A DNA stretch of 64,000 nucleotides, from positions 117,448-181,447 of the forward strand of contig JBJHCX010000002.1 in the NCBI GenBank assembly GCA_050486245.1. Direction: 5' to 3'. Position numbers and translations under genes: made by a program. Shown one piece after another: positions 39,550 to 50,238 of the stretch (its first letter is position 1; each line of letters starts with the position of its first letter). A model generated the notes under the pieces. It searched no databases and was not told where the DNA came from. It saw only the letters and a list, made by a program, of their open reading frames with translations. This DNA comes from Rhodohalobacter sp. Its GTDB lineage: Bacteria > Bacteroidota > Rhodothermia > Balneolales > Balneolaceae.

Positions 39550-40902
39550 TTAATCCTTATCGGTTTTAAATTTGAAATGCTGCTCCAGGTACTGCGTATT
39601 GAAATCACCCGACTGGAATTTAGCATCTTCCATCAGCTGCAGGTGATAGGGGATGGTCGTTTTGATCCCTTCGATCACGAACTCTTCAAGGGCTCGTTTC
39701 ATACGTTTGATGGCTTGTTGCCTGTTGGGGGCACTTACAATCAGTTTGGCGATCATGGAGTCGTAATTGGGAGGCACCCTGTAGCCGGAGTATGCATGGG
39801 TATCCACTCTGACGCTGTGTCCGCCGGGAATATTGAATGTCGTGATTTCGCCGGCGGTTGGCCTGAAGTTATATTCAGGGTCTTCGGCGTTGATGCGGCA
39901 CTCAATTGCATGCCCGCGCATTTTGAGCGGCTCCATTTCAATCTTTTCACCTGCGGCCACCCGGATCTGTTCTTCGACCAGATCGCACCAGGTAATCTCT
40001 TCGGTAACCGGGTGTTCCACCTGAATACGCGTATTCATCTCCATGAAATAGAAATTCAGGTCCTTGTCTGCAATAAATTCGACGGTTCCGGCTCCCTCAT
40101 AGTCGATCGCTTTACCGGCGTTGATAGCTGCCTGTCCCATCTTTTCACGCACTTCGGGTGTCATGACAGGAGATGGAGCCTCTTCGAGGATCTTCTGGTG
40201 GCGCCTCTGCAGGGAGCACTCGCGTTCACCGAGGTGTTTCACATTTCCGTGCTGGTCGCCCAAAATCTGGATTTCAATGTGACGCGGGTTGACCACAAAC
40301 TTTTCGATATAGACGGCGGGATTGTTAAATGCGGTTTCTGCCTCATTCTGACAGGTTTTGAACGCTTTTTCAAAATTCTCCTCCTCATGAACCACGCGCA
40401 TGCCGCGTCCGCCGCCACCTGCACTGGCTTTGATGATGACGGGAAAGCCGATCTTTTTGGCGATCTTTTTACCTTCATCAATCGACGTGACGATGCCGTC
40501 TGAGCCGGGTACAACCGGAACGTTGTTTTTGATCATGGTGGCTTTGGCTGTTGCCTTGTCGCCCATCATTTCGATCATTTTTGGCGAAGGCCCGATAAAC
40601 TTGAGATCGTGCTCTTCGCATATACGGCTGAATTCGGCATTTTCGGCAAGAAAACCATATCCGGGGTGGATTGCCTCTGCATTGGTAATTTCAGCAGCTG
40701 CCAGGATGGATGGGATTTTCAGGTAACTTTCTTTACTGGCTGCAGGTCCAATACAGACGGCTTCATCGGCAAATTTGACATGAAGGCTGTTTGCGTCTGC
40801 TGTCGAGTAGACCGCAACCGTTTTAATACCCATTTCTTTGCAGGTTCGAATAATGCGCAGTGCAATTTCGCCCCTGTTGGCAATCAATATTTTTTTAAAC
40901 AT
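39550..40902 (-). CDS. accC: Acetyl-CoA carboxylase biotin carboxylase subunit
   Basis: [33 protein letters not shown]. Confidence 0.97.
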   Translation of the reverse strand: MFKKILIANRGEIALRIIRTCKEMGIKTVAVYSTADANSLHVKFADEAVCIGPAASKESYLKIPSILAAAEITNAEAIHPGYGFLAENAEFSRICEEHDLKFIGPSPKMIEMMGDKATAKATMIKNNVPVVPGSDGIVTSIDEGKKIAKKIGFPVIIKASAGGGGRGMRVVHEEENFEKAFKTCQNEAETAFNNPAVYIEKFVVNPRHIEIQILGDQHGNVKHLGERECSLQRRHQKILEEAPSPVMTPEVREKMGQAAINAGKAIDYEGAGTVEFIADKDLNFYFMEMNTRIQVEHPVTEEITWCDLVEEQIRVAAGEKIEMEPLKMRGHAIECRINAEDPEYNFRPTAGEITTFNIPGGHSVRVDTHAYSGYRVPPNYDSMIAKLIVSAPNRQQAIKRMKRALEEFVIEGIKTTIPYHLQLMEDAKFQSGDFNTQYLEQHFKFKTDKD

Positions 40903-40911
40903 ACCCTGAGG

Positions 40912-41397
40912 TTAGTCTTTTTTGATAATAAATAGAGGCTGGTCGTACTCTACAGGCTGTGCATCATTGACCAGGATTTTCTGGACAGTTCCGGAAAATT
41001 CAGCGTCTATTTCATTCATAATTTTCATCGCTTCCACGATACAGAGAGTTTGTCCCTTTTGAACTTTGTCGCCCACCTTGACAAACGGATCTGAATCGGG
41101 TGATGGCGCTTCATAGAACGTTCCCACAATGGGTGATTTAACGGTTTCACCCTCGGGTTGTGCTTCTGATGCACTGCTTTCAGGCTTTGCGGCTTGCGGG
41201 TTGGCAGCCGGGGCTGGGGCCGCTGCCTGGGCAGCAGGTACCTGGGCAGGCATCTGAAACTGCATTGGTGCAGCAGGGGCAGGGGAGTCTGATTTCTTTT
41301 TAACCTTTAATTTGAAATCTCCTTCCTCGATGGATACTTCGTTCAGATCGGTCTCGGAGATCAGGTCCAGTAAATTCTTTACTAATTTTAAATCCAT
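40912..41397 (-). CDS. accB: Acetyl-CoA carboxylase biotin carboxyl carrier protein
   Basis: Pro/Ala linker, [17 protein letters not shown]; start taken as ATG 41397. Confidence 0.96.
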   Translation of the reverse strand: MDLKLVKNLLDLISETDLNEVSIEEGDFKLKVKKKSDSPAPAAPMQFQMPAQVPAAQAAAPAPAANPQAAKPESSASEAQPEGETVKSPIVGTFYEAPSPDSDPFVKVGDKVQKGQTLCIVEAMKIMNEIDAEFSGTVQKILVNDAQPVEYDQPLFIIKKD

Positions 41398-41410
41398 AAT
41401 TGAATAGCGT

Positions 41411-41986
41411 TTATTTTGATTTAGCTCGTTCGAGGTATTCACCGGTACGTGTATCAACCCGGATGATTTCACCTTTGTTGATAAATAAGGGTACTTGGAC
41501 AACCGCTCCGCCGGTAATTGTGGCGGGTTTGCTTCCTCCCTGTGCAGTATCTCCGCGAACACCTGGATCGGTATCCACAACTTCTGCATCAATTTGATCC
41601 GGGGGTTCTGCAAAAAGAATTTTGTCATTTTCAACGTCTACAGAAAGGGTGCAGATCTGCCCGTCAGAGATGAACTTGGAGTTTTCGACCCGTGCCCGTT
41701 CAAGCGGTATCTGCTCGTAGGTTTCCTGGTGCATGAAGTAGAACATGTCACCTTCTGCGTAGAGAAACTGATAAGGCTGTTTCTCGACACGAACGGATTC
41801 GACGGTTTCACCAGACCTGAAGGTTTTATCGATATTTTTTTCGTTCTCGACTCCTTTCAGTTTGGTGCGAACAAAGGCGCCGCCTTTGCCGGGTTTTACA
41901 TGTTGAAATTCAATGATCGTATAGATTTCACCGTCGAGAAGCAGGTTCATTCCCGGTCGGAAATCAGATGTACTTACTTTTCCCAT
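41411..41986 (-). CDS. efp: Elongation factor P
   Basis: [34 protein letters not shown]; ATG 41986. Confidence 0.97.
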   Translation of the reverse strand: MGKVSTSDFRPGMNLLLDGEIYTIIEFQHVKPGKGGAFVRTKLKGVENEKNIDKTFRSGETVESVRVEKQPYQFLYAEGDMFYFMHQETYEQIPLERARVENSKFISDGQICTLSVDVENDKILFAEPPDQIDAEVVDTDPGVRGDTAQGGSKPATITGGAVVQVPLFINKGEIIRVDTRTGEYLERAKSK

Positions 41987-42086
41987 ACATTCATTTGGTT
42001 CTGGATTAAGACTCCAAAAATACTGCAGCTTCACCTTGATAACAACAAGAAGCCGTAAAGAATTTGAATTCTGATCATTTCCGCCT

Positions 42087-43436
42087 TTAGAAAATGGCTC
42101 TGGCCAGTATGATGGCGATAATCACAGGGCATATAATCTTAATGAAAACAGACCATACCACCGTGAACCTGGAGTCACGGATATCTTTAAATCCTTGCTT
42201 CATCTCATCAACCGCACTCTGTGTCTTCCAGAAGTAACCCACAAAGATACAGATCAGCAGTCCGCCGAGCGGCAGCCCGATCACACTGAAGATATAGTCA
42301 ATTACGCCGATCAGCTCTGTATTGAATGAGATGATCATAGACAGTGCCAGTACACTCAGGCCTACGTAGAGAGCGGCTTTCTTTCGTCTTACACCATGCT
42401 CGTCGATAACATAGGAAGTGGGTACTTCAAGCAGTGAAATGGTTGATGTGAGGGCAGCCAAACTGAGCAGGAAGAAGAAGGAGACACCCAGTATCAGTCC
42501 GACCATTCCACCCATCTGTGCAAAGAGTTCAGGGAGAATCTGGAAGATCAGGGCAGATCCTGCAAGGAAGTTGCCTTCTGCATCAAAAATCTGCACACCC
42601 TGTGCCTGTGCAAGGTAGATGGTTGGCATGACCAGCAGTCCGGCCAAAAAGGCGATCCCGACATCTGCAAGCGTTACATAGCTGGCGGCTTCAACAATGT
42701 TCTCTTTTTTGCTCAGGTAGGAACCGTAGGTGATCAGGGCACCCATGCCGAGTGAGAGCGAGAAGAAAGCCTGTCCCAGTGCAGCCAGGATCAGGTCGGG
42801 GGTAATCATGGAGAAGTCAGGCTTCAGGTAGACCTCAAGGCCTTCACTGGCACCGGGCTGGAATATCACATAGACAGCCATGATAATCAGGATGACAACC
42901 AGAAGAGGCATCATCAGCTTGGTAGCCCGTTCAATGCCATCACTCACCCCGCCCCGTATAATGGATATGGTCAGGCCCATGAAGAGGAGGGCGAAAACGG
43001 CATTAATGATTCCGTTATCCGTATCAGAGAGCAGCGCTGCAGCACCATCCAGCCCCATAAACGTGAATATCTCGACAAAGACGTGACTGAAGGTCCAGCC
43101 GGCAATAATGGTATAGAAACTGAGAATCATCACTCCGCACAATACACCCCAAACACCTACCAGGGGGAAGAATCGATTATTGCTGAGTGACCTAAATGCG
43201 CCGACCGGATTTTTCTGGGAACTGCGACCGATTGAGAGTTCGGCAATCATGACCGGCAGTCCGATCAGGATGACACAGATCAGGTAGACCAGCAGGAATG
43301 CAGCTCCGCCGTTTGAGGCCGCTTCGGTGGGAAAACGCCAAATATTCCCCAGGCCAACGGCTGAACCGGCTGCAGCCAGTATAAATCCAAATTTTGTATT
43401 CCAGGTACCGCGATTGTTGGTAGGTGATGTAGCCAA
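42087..43436 (-). CDS. Sodium-dependent transporter (NSS/SNF family)
   Basis: GSAVGLGNIWRFP, NGGAAF, GQAFFSLSLG, AALTSTISLLE. Confidence 0.93.
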   Translation of the reverse strand: MATSPTNNRGTWNTKFGFILAAAGSAVGLGNIWRFPTEAASNGGAAFLLVYLICVILIGLPVMIAELSIGRSSQKNPVGAFRSLSNNRFFPLVGVWGVLCGVMILSFYTIIAGWTFSHVFVEIFTFMGLDGAAALLSDTDNGIINAVFALLFMGLTISIIRGGVSDGIERATKLMMPLLVVILIIMAVYVIFQPGASEGLEVYLKPDFSMITPDLILAALGQAFFSLSLGMGALITYGSYLSKKENIVEAASYVTLADVGIAFLAGLLVMPTIYLAQAQGVQIFDAEGNFLAGSALIFQILPELFAQMGGMVGLILGVSFFFLLSLAALTSTISLLEVPTSYVIDEHGVRRKKAALYVGLSVLALSMIISFNTELIGVIDYIFSVIGLPLGGLLICIFVGYFWKTQSAVDEMKQGFKDIRDSRFTVVWSVFIKIICPVIIAIILARAIF

Positions 43437-43486
43437 GACGATAAAATTTTAGGTTAATAGAGACGCACTAAAATATTTGCTGAGCA

Positions 43487-45472
43487 CTAATGACGCAACT
43501 TTCTCAGCAACATTCCACTTTGGGGTTCAATAATAACAGAACCGTTGGCAATTTGGAAACTTTGCGGTGAAGCAAAATTCTGGTTTGCAATCACCTCCCA
43601 GGTTCCCCCCGGCAGAGTGCATTGAAACGCTTCGGATGCCGTTCCGTTCAGGACGACATGATAATCATATAGGTCGCCCGAATCACTTCCATTTATGTAA
43701 AAACTGATAATAAGCGGATTTCCGGTTTGATTGAATGTGATTTCGCTTGGACTGCATTGACGCAGTGCAGGTGACTGCTTTCTGATTTCAATGAGTCCCC
43801 GGTAGTAGGCGTAAAGCGGGCGGTTCAGCTCAATCTGCTCAAAATCAATCCAGTTGGTTTCATTATCTTTCTGATAGCTGTTGTGATCCATTTTGCCTGT
43901 ATCCGGGTCATTACATGGGGTCTTGGCAATCACTTTTGACCGCGCAAATTCCTGGCCGGCGTGAATCATGGTGATGCCCTGGGCGGTAAACAGGGAGAGT
44001 GCGGCCAGCCTGGAGATCTGCATCTCCTCATCTGTCAGCTTCACATGAGAGGCTAGATCGGTTACGGTATCCTCCTGGCGTTCCGGGTTCAGCCCGATTC
44101 GGATAAAATCACCCAGGGTGTAGCCGTCGTGACTCTCCAGGTAGTTGACGCTGTGTGCGGAGGTGTTAAAAAGTCCGCCTTCACCGTGATTCAGAGTGCC
44201 TTTAAAAAGATTTTCAAGTCGCTCACGGTTGGTTTCATGCTGCCAGTCAGAAAAGATAAAACCACGGTCATGCATCGGATCCGATCCTTTGATGCTGTTT
44301 CGGATCCGGTCGTTCCATGATGCCCAGTCGTGGTCGGAAAAGTGGTGGGGTGAGTAGTAGCCACCCCAGGGTTCTGCTATTAAAACCGCTTTTGGATATT
44401 TGCTGTGAACGGCATTCCGGATCGCATCCCAAGATTTTCGATCCAGGAGTGCGGCCAGGTCGAAGCGAAAGCCGTCGATATGGTACTCTTCAATCCAGTA
44501 AAGTATAGAATCAATAATCAACTGCCGTGCCACCGGGTTTTCTGAACGGAATTCGTTTCCGGTTCCGCTTCGGTTCAGCAGGCGCCCCTTGTCGTCAGAC
44601 CGGAGGTATTCATCGGGGATAAGGTGGGTGAGCGGATTGGCATCGAACAGGGATGTGTGATTGTAGACCACATCCATGATTACGGTGATCTTTTCTCGAT
44701 GGAGTTCTTTCACCATCTGCTTGAATTCGGTAACGGCAGCTGTCGTCTTCCCGGAATAGGTATGGCTGAAATCGGAAGCGAACGAGGATTCAGGTGCAAA
44801 AAAGAATGAGGTCATATACCCCCAGTAGTTGGACGAATAGGGATTCCACGAGTTCATAAAGCCTTCAGGAGTGGCTTCGTGAAAGGGGGGTTCGAATGGG
44901 GGGAATTTCTGAAGCGGAAGGAATTCCACGGCGTTCACTCCCAGTTGTTTCAGGTATGGGATTCCGCCAGACTGGTTCCGGTCAATAAATTTTTGGTAAT
45001 ATCCGTTCCCGGTTGCTTTGCCGGAGGGGTGTGCCGTCAGATCTTTGAGGTGCGTTTCATAGATGATCAGGTCGCGCGGATCGTCTGGGAAGCAGTGCCG
45101 GTCACCTTCCCAGTCGAATGAATCCCTGAAAATATAGCTTTTGGCATCCTGGCGATAGTTGTTCCGTACCGTAACATGCCGGCTATAGGGATCGGCGAAA
45201 AGTCCGTCGATATAGGGGTTGTCGGGTTTCGATTCGTCATCTGCATACTCTGCTTTATACCCATACCATTTTCCCGTCTGATCGCCCTGTACTGAGAGGT
45301 GCCAGTAACCCGATGCATCAATCTGCATGGTATGTTCGATTCCGCCGGTATCGTCATACCTGTCGAACAGAATACAGCTCACTTTGGATGCATGAGGGCA
45401 GTAGATGCAAAAATGTGTGGCATTCTCCGTAAACGAAACGCCGGGTTTTGACTCTGTGAGTGTTCTTTTCAT
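43487..45472 (-). CDS. GH13 glycogen debranching enzyme / pullulanase
   Basis: NYWGY, DVVYNH, GFRFDLA (nucleophile), IAEPW (acid/base), ESHD. Confidence 0.9.
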   Translation of the reverse strand: MKRTLTESKPGVSFTENATHFCIYCPHASKVSCILFDRYDDTGGIEHTMQIDASGYWHLSVQGDQTGKWYGYKAEYADDESKPDNPYIDGLFADPYSRHVTVRNNYRQDAKSYIFRDSFDWEGDRHCFPDDPRDLIIYETHLKDLTAHPSGKATGNGYYQKFIDRNQSGGIPYLKQLGVNAVEFLPLQKFPPFEPPFHEATPEGFMNSWNPYSSNYWGYMTSFFFAPESSFASDFSHTYSGKTTAAVTEFKQMVKELHREKITVIMDVVYNHTSLFDANPLTHLIPDEYLRSDDKGRLLNRSGTGNEFRSENPVARQLIIDSILYWIEEYHIDGFRFDLAALLDRKSWDAIRNAVHSKYPKAVLIAEPWGGYYSPHHFSDHDWASWNDRIRNSIKGSDPMHDRGFIFSDWQHETNRERLENLFKGTLNHGEGGLFNTSAHSVNYLESHDGYTLGDFIRIGLNPERQEDTVTDLASHVKLTDEEMQISRLAALSLFTAQGITMIHAGQEFARSKVIAKTPCNDPDTGKMDHNSYQKDNETNWIDFEQIELNRPLYAYYRGLIEIRKQSPALRQCSPSEITFNQTGNPLIISFYINGSDSGDLYDYHVVLNGTASEAFQCTLPGGTWEVIANQNFASPQSFQIANGSVIIEPQSGMLLRKLRH

Positions 45473-45477
45473 AAAGA

Positions 45478-47511
45478 CTACATGACCGGGCTGCCGGGTT
45501 CGGCATCCGTTTCAATAAAGTGAAGCCGGCCCTGGGTATCTTCACCCATCAGGATCATACCGTTGCTCTCAACGCCCATCATTTTTTTTGGGGCGAGGTT
45601 GGCAACCACGACGACGGATTTTCCGATCACCTCTTCTGCCTTGAAAAATTCGGCAACACCGGAGAGAATGGTGCGCTTTTCAAATCCCAGGTCGACCGTG
45701 ATGTTGAGCAGTTTTTTCGATTTTTTCATCTTTTTGGCATCCACAATTCGACCTGCCCGAAAATCCAGTTTGATAAAATCATCAAATGTGGCGGTCTCCT
45801 TGAGCGGTTCGTACTCTTTGTCTGATGCAGCAGAAGCCGAATGGGCTCTCTCTTCAAGAATCTGAACCTGCTTGTCTACCGTTTCATCCTCAATTTTGTT
45901 AAACAGAATTTCACCCTGTGAGATCACCTGTCCTGTCGGGACCATGGCCTGGGTTACATCATCCCACTTGAGTGTGGGGGGGATGCCCAGCTGATTTCGG
46001 AGCTGCGACATTTTGGCCGGCAAAACCGGTGCAAACAGGACCGACAAGGCGGCACTGATCTGAATACAGACATAGAGGGTGTTCCCGCAAGCTTCAATAT
46101 TCTCCTTCCGGGTCTTCCACGGCTCGGTTTCGGTGAAGTACCGGTTCCCGGTGCGGGCCAGGTTCATGGTCTCTGTAATCGCTTCTCGGAATTTAAACGT
46201 GTTGTATGCCTTTTCAATCTTCTCTTTCTGAAGTTCAATCTCCCTGAGGGTTTCCAGGTCCAGTTCTGAAGGGTTGGAGAGTTCGGGCACGGCTCCCTCA
46301 AAAAACCGTTCGGTAAAACTGAGTGTTCTGAAGACAAAGTTGCCCAGGATATCAGCCAGTTCACCGTTGATCCGGCTCTGGAAATCTTTCCATGAGAAAT
46401 CGGAATCCTTGGCTTCAGGAAGGGTCGTTCCGAGCACATAGCGAAGCAGGTCAGGTTCAAAATGGTCGAGATACTCTTCCAGCCAGACGGCCCACCCTTT
46501 TGAAGTGGAGAGTTTCCGGCCCTCCAGGTTCAGGAACTCATTGGCCGGTACGTTTTCGGGAAGTACATAGTCTCCATGCTGCATCAGCATGGCCGGGAAC
46601 ATGATACAGTGAAAGACGATATTGTCCTTTCCAATAAAGTGTATCAGTGATGTCTCTTCATCCTGCCAGTAGGTTTTCCACAGGTCTGAGTTGCCTTTCT
46701 CTTCGGCCCACTCCTTGGTGGCAGAGATATACCCGATGGGAGCGTCAAACCAGACATAGAGTACTTTCCCTTCCCCTTCGGGAAGCGGAACGGGTACACC
46801 CCAGGTGAGGTCACGGGTTACCGCACGGTCGCCGAGTCCGCCATCGAGCCAGCTCTTGCACTGTCCCACTACATTTGCTTTCCAGTCATTGCGTGAGTCG
46901 ATCCACTTTTCAAGGCGCTCCTGGAAGTCGCCAAGCGGTATAAACCAGTGTTCCGTCTCTCGAACAACCGGCTTGTTGCCGGTCAGGGCGCTTACCGGAT
47001 CTATCAGGTCGGTTGGGGAGAGTGACGATCCGCACTTTTCACATTGATCGCCATACGCTTCGGGGTGTCCGCATTTGGGGCAGGTTCCCTTTACATAGCG
47101 GTCGGGCAGAAACATGCCGGCGTCTTCGTCATAAAACTGTTTCTGGCTCTTCTTTTTAAAGACACCCTGCTCATAGAGCTTGAGAAAGAATTCCTGAGAA
47201 GTCTTTTTGTGGGTTTCGGAGCTGGTGCGTCCGTAGTAGTCGAAATCGATTCCGAACTTTTGAAAAACTGCCTTGTTGCGTTCGTGATATCTGTCTACCA
47301 CTTGCTGAGGGGTAATGCCCTCTTTTTCAGCTGCGATCGTAATCGGTACACCGTGCTCATCTGATCCGCAGATATGGATAATGTCTTCCCCCTTAAGCCG
47401 CTTGAAGCGGGTGTAGAGGTCGGCCGGCAGATAGGCTCCGGCGAGATGCCCCAGGTGGATGGGGCCGTTGGCGTATGGAAGTGCTGAGGTGACTAATGTT
47501 CGTTTCGACAT
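45478..47511 (-). CDS. metG: Methionine--tRNA ligase
   Basis: ALPYANGPIHLGH, Zn knuckles, YVWFDA, KLSTS, C-terminal tRNA-binding domain. Confidence 0.98.
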   Translation of the reverse strand: MSKRTLVTSALPYANGPIHLGHLAGAYLPADLYTRFKRLKGEDIIHICGSDEHGVPITIAAEKEGITPQQVVDRYHERNKAVFQKFGIDFDYYGRTSSETHKKTSQEFFLKLYEQGVFKKKSQKQFYDEDAGMFLPDRYVKGTCPKCGHPEAYGDQCEKCGSSLSPTDLIDPVSALTGNKPVVRETEHWFIPLGDFQERLEKWIDSRNDWKANVVGQCKSWLDGGLGDRAVTRDLTWGVPVPLPEGEGKVLYVWFDAPIGYISATKEWAEEKGNSDLWKTYWQDEETSLIHFIGKDNIVFHCIMFPAMLMQHGDYVLPENVPANEFLNLEGRKLSTSKGWAVWLEEYLDHFEPDLLRYVLGTTLPEAKDSDFSWKDFQSRINGELADILGNFVFRTLSFTERFFEGAVPELSNPSELDLETLREIELQKEKIEKAYNTFKFREAITETMNLARTGNRYFTETEPWKTRKENIEACGNTLYVCIQISAALSVLFAPVLPAKMSQLRNQLGIPPTLKWDDVTQAMVPTGQVISQGEILFNKIEDETVDKQVQILEERAHSASAASDKEYEPLKETATFDDFIKLDFRAGRIVDAKKMKKSKKLLNITVDLGFEKRTILSGVAEFFKAEEVIGKSVVVVANLAPKKMMGVESNGMILMGEDTQGRLHFIETDAEPGSPVM

Positions 47512-47586
47512 AATTGATTTTAATACTTGGTTTGGGCGGCTGAAATTAAGGTGTGGCGCCGTAAATTACCAATTAAGCTTTTCCGT

Positions 47587-48135
47587 TTAGGTTTGATCAG
47601 AACCCGTTTTTCGGTTTTCAAAGATTTCAAAGAAGGCGTAAAGTGAAACACCTGCAGCAACGGAAACATTCAATGAGTGTTTGACACCAAATTGGGGGAT
47701 TTCAACGGCGTCATCCAGGTGGGGAATCAATTCATCGCCAATTCCGGTGACCTCATTGCCCACTACCAGGCAGACCTTGTCACTGTTGGCTTTGTAGTTG
47801 TGGAGCATGATGCTGTCTGTAGTCTGTTCCAGTCCGATCAGGGTATAGCCGTCTGCCTTTAACTGTTGAACGGCAGAATCGACCGAATCGATCGATCTCC
47901 ACTGTACATGCTCTTCTGCGCCGATAGCCGTTTTGGTGATTTCGGGCCGTGGCGGGAGAGGGGTAAACCCTGACAGCCAAAGCTCTTTGATGCCGAAAGC
48001 ATCGGCCGAACGGAAGGCAGCTCCCACATTGTGAAGGCTTCGGATGTCGTGAAGCCATAATATGAAACTCAGTTTAAGGGGAGAAACCTGCTGCAGGTTT
48101 TTCCGGTATATCTCCTTGGTCGTAAGTTTTCGCAA
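47587..48135 (-). CDS. TrmH/SpoU family RNA methyltransferase
   Basis: NVGAAFRSADAFG, KTAIGA, VGNEVTG, IPQFG.KHSLNVSV; probable TTG start at 48135. Confidence 0.9.
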   Translation of the reverse strand: MRKLTTKEIYRKNLQQVSPLKLSFILWLHDIRSLHNVGAAFRSADAFGIKELWLSGFTPLPPRPEITKTAIGAEEHVQWRSIDSVDSAVQQLKADGYTLIGLEQTTDSIMLHNYKANSDKVCLVVGNEVTGIGDELIPHLDDAVEIPQFGVKHSLNVSVAAGVSLYAFFEIFENRKTGSDQT

Positions 48136-48268
48136 AACGGAACAGGGTTTGAAATTGTGATTATATCGGCAGTCGCAGGAAGAGTGAGGCTTAAAATTTG
48201 GTTGGGAAAACAGCACTGAACACCCTATTTTTACCTGACTAAAATATACGCGAAAAATTGTATGCAAT

Positions 48269-48300
48269 AATAGCAGTAGAAATACTGCTATTTCTATTTT
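48269..48300 (+). promoter_or_regulatory. Terminator-like hairpin in the greA leader
   Basis: aatagcagta-GAAA-tactgctatt followed by tctatttt, 23 nt before the greA ATG. Confidence 0.55.
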
Positions 48301-48323
48301 AACAAAGTTGAAACGATGTTGAC

Positions 48324-48803
48324 ATGAGTATGAAGAAAAATTATCTGTCGAAAGAAGGATACGAAAAGCTGGATAAAGAACTCAGGGATTTAAAAACCAG
48401 AGGACGCAAGGAGATAGCCGAACAGATTGCTGAAGCAAGAGCGAAAGGGGATTTGAGCGAGAACGCCGAGTATGACGCCGCAAAAGAGGCTCAGGGCCAC
48501 CTGGAGAAGAGAATTGCAGAACTTGAAAATACCCTGGCAACGGCCAGCATTATTGATGAAAAGAATATTGACGCCTCCAAGGCGTATCTGTTGTCTACCG
48601 TAACCATATTGAATAAAAAAGTGGGCAAGGAGATGAAGTATACGCTGGTGTCAAAAGATGAAGCTGATTTTAAACAAAATAAAATTTCAGTCGATTCTCC
48701 CATCGGCCAGGCGATTCTCGGAAAAGAAGTGGGAGACGAGGTCACGGTTAATGTGCCTGCCGGAAAACTGGAACTTGAAATCAAAAACATAGAGCGAAGC
48801 TAA
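48324..48803 (+). CDS. greA: Transcription elongation factor GreA
   Basis: GDLSENAEYDAAK, ISVDSPIG.AILG. Confidence 0.97.
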   Translation: MSMKKNYLSKEGYEKLDKELRDLKTRGRKEIAEQIAEARAKGDLSENAEYDAAKEAQGHLEKRIAELENTLATASIIDEKNIDASKAYLLSTVTILNKKVGKEMKYTLVSKDEADFKQNKISVDSPIGQAILGKEVGDEVTVNVPAGKLELEIKNIERS

Positions 48804-48804
48804 T

Positions 48805-50139
48805 ATGAAAATTGGAGTTGTTGGAACCGGCTATGTAGGCCTAGTAACGGGAACCTGTTTTGCCGACAGCGGTAATGATGTCATCTGCGTAGATATTGAT
48901 GAGAAAAAAGTTGAGAGAATGCGTAATGGGGAGGTACCCATTTACGAACCGGGACTGAACCGTGTTTTTGACCGGTCGATCCGCGAGAAGCGCCTGAAGT
49001 TTACAACCAGCCTGGAAGAGGCTTTTCAAAACAGTGAAATCCTGTTTCTCTGCCTGCCCACGCCTCCGGGTGCCAACGGACAGGCCGACCTGAGTTTTGT
49101 GCTGAATGTTGCCGAAGACCTGGGCGAGCTGTTTAACAAATACCCCGGCTACAAAGTGGTGGTCAACAAGAGCACCGTGCCGGTGGGTACGGCCGACAAG
49201 GTGCGCGAGAAGATCGCTTCGAAGACCGATGCCGAATTTGATGTGGTCTCCAATCCGGAGTTTCTGCGCGAAGGGGCGGCAGTTGAGGATTTTATGTACC
49301 CCGAGCGGGTGGTGGTTGGTACCCGCAGTGAAAAAGCGGCCAAAATGATGACGACGCTTTATGAGCCGTTTGTACGCAGCGGCAACCCGATCATTGTGAT
49401 GGATGAGCGCAGCAGTGAGCTTACAAAGTATGCGGCCAACGCCATGCTGGCAACCAAAATCACCTTTATGAACGAGATTGCCAATATCTGTGAGAAGGTT
49501 GGAGCCAATGTGGATAACGTGCGCCGAGGCATCGGCACCGACTCGCGAATCGGCAAGCGATTCCTGTTTGCCGGAATCGGGTATGGCGGAAGCTGCTTCC
49601 CGAAAGACGTTCAGGCCATTCACCATACAGCCGGTGAGTTTGGCTATGACTTCAAGATACTGGATTCGGTGATGAAGGTGAACGAGAGCCAGAAAGTGTC
49701 GATTGTAGAGAAGATGAAGGCCTTCTACAACGGCGACCTGAAAGGGAAGACCGTTGGTGTGTGGGGCTTGTCATTCAAGCCGGAGACCGATGATATTCGC
49801 GAGGCACCCTCGCTCTACATTACCGATGCCCTGGGCAAGCTGGGCGTGAAGATGAAGGCGTACGATCCTGAAGCGATTGAGACCTTTAAGGAGGCAGCGA
49901 CAGAAGAAGCCCTGAGCAACATGGAGTTTGCCGGAGACCGTGATTCGGTTCTGGAAGGGGTGGATGCGCTGGTGATCTGCACCGAATGGAATGAGTTCCG
50001 CCGTCCCGATCTGGATAACTTTGGGAAGGTGATGAAGCAGCCGGTGATTTTTGACGGACGAAACCTCTACGACCTGGATCGAGCCAAAGAGGCCGGGCTG
50101 ACCTACATCAGTGTGGGGCGTCCCAGTGTGAATGCCTGA
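48805..50139 (+). CDS. ugd: UDP-glucose 6-dehydrogenase
   Basis: GTGYVG, PIYEPG, NKSTVP, NPEFLREG, GYGGSCFPKD, FKPETDD.RE. Confidence 0.96.
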   Translation: MKIGVVGTGYVGLVTGTCFADSGNDVICVDIDEKKVERMRNGEVPIYEPGLNRVFDRSIREKRLKFTTSLEEAFQNSEILFLCLPTPPGANGQADLSFVLNVAEDLGELFNKYPGYKVVVNKSTVPVGTADKVREKIASKTDAEFDVVSNPEFLREGAAVEDFMYPERVVVGTRSEKAAKMMTTLYEPFVRSGNPIIVMDERSSELTKYAANAMLATKITFMNEIANICEKVGANVDNVRRGIGTDSRIGKRFLFAGIGYGGSCFPKDVQAIHHTAGEFGYDFKILDSVMKVNESQKVSIVEKMKAFYNGDLKGKTVGVWGLSFKPETDDIREAPSLYITDALGKLGVKMKAYDPEAIETFKEAATEEALSNMEFAGDRDSVLEGVDALVICTEWNEFRRPDLDNFGKVMKQPVIFDGRNLYDLDRAKEAGLTYISVGRPSVNA

Positions 50140-50166
50140 CACCTACATTCAGGCAGCGGTTATTAA

Positions 50167-50209
50167 CCGGATTGCACTTCCTGGCCATAGATCAGGAAGT
50201 GTGGTCCGG
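50167..50209 (+). other. Intergenic stem-loop between ugd and the UDP-GlcA decarboxylase gene
   Basis: ccggattgcacttcctg/caggaagtgtggtccgg, 17-bp stem including G-U pairs, weak T-tail. Confidence 0.55.
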
Positions 50210-50238
50210 ATTCATTTTAATATTTTAGCCCGATAATC

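Noticed and set aside
39577-40503. Long antisense ORFs over accC (and similarly over DUF2723, ugd, sufB and nfu)
   Set aside because: No motifs; typical shadows produced by codon bias in the real genes
41398-41634. N-terminal extension of accB overlapping efp (similar extensions on efp, trmH, mltG, pta and the bPH_2 gene)
   Set aside because: ORF-caller artefacts from upstream alternative starts; family-typical sequence begins at downstream starts
19452-43436. Two NSS transporters as a recent duplication
   Set aside because: The proteins are highly divergent (e.g. TQNAWDTGA versus GQAFFSLSL); ordinary ancient paralogues
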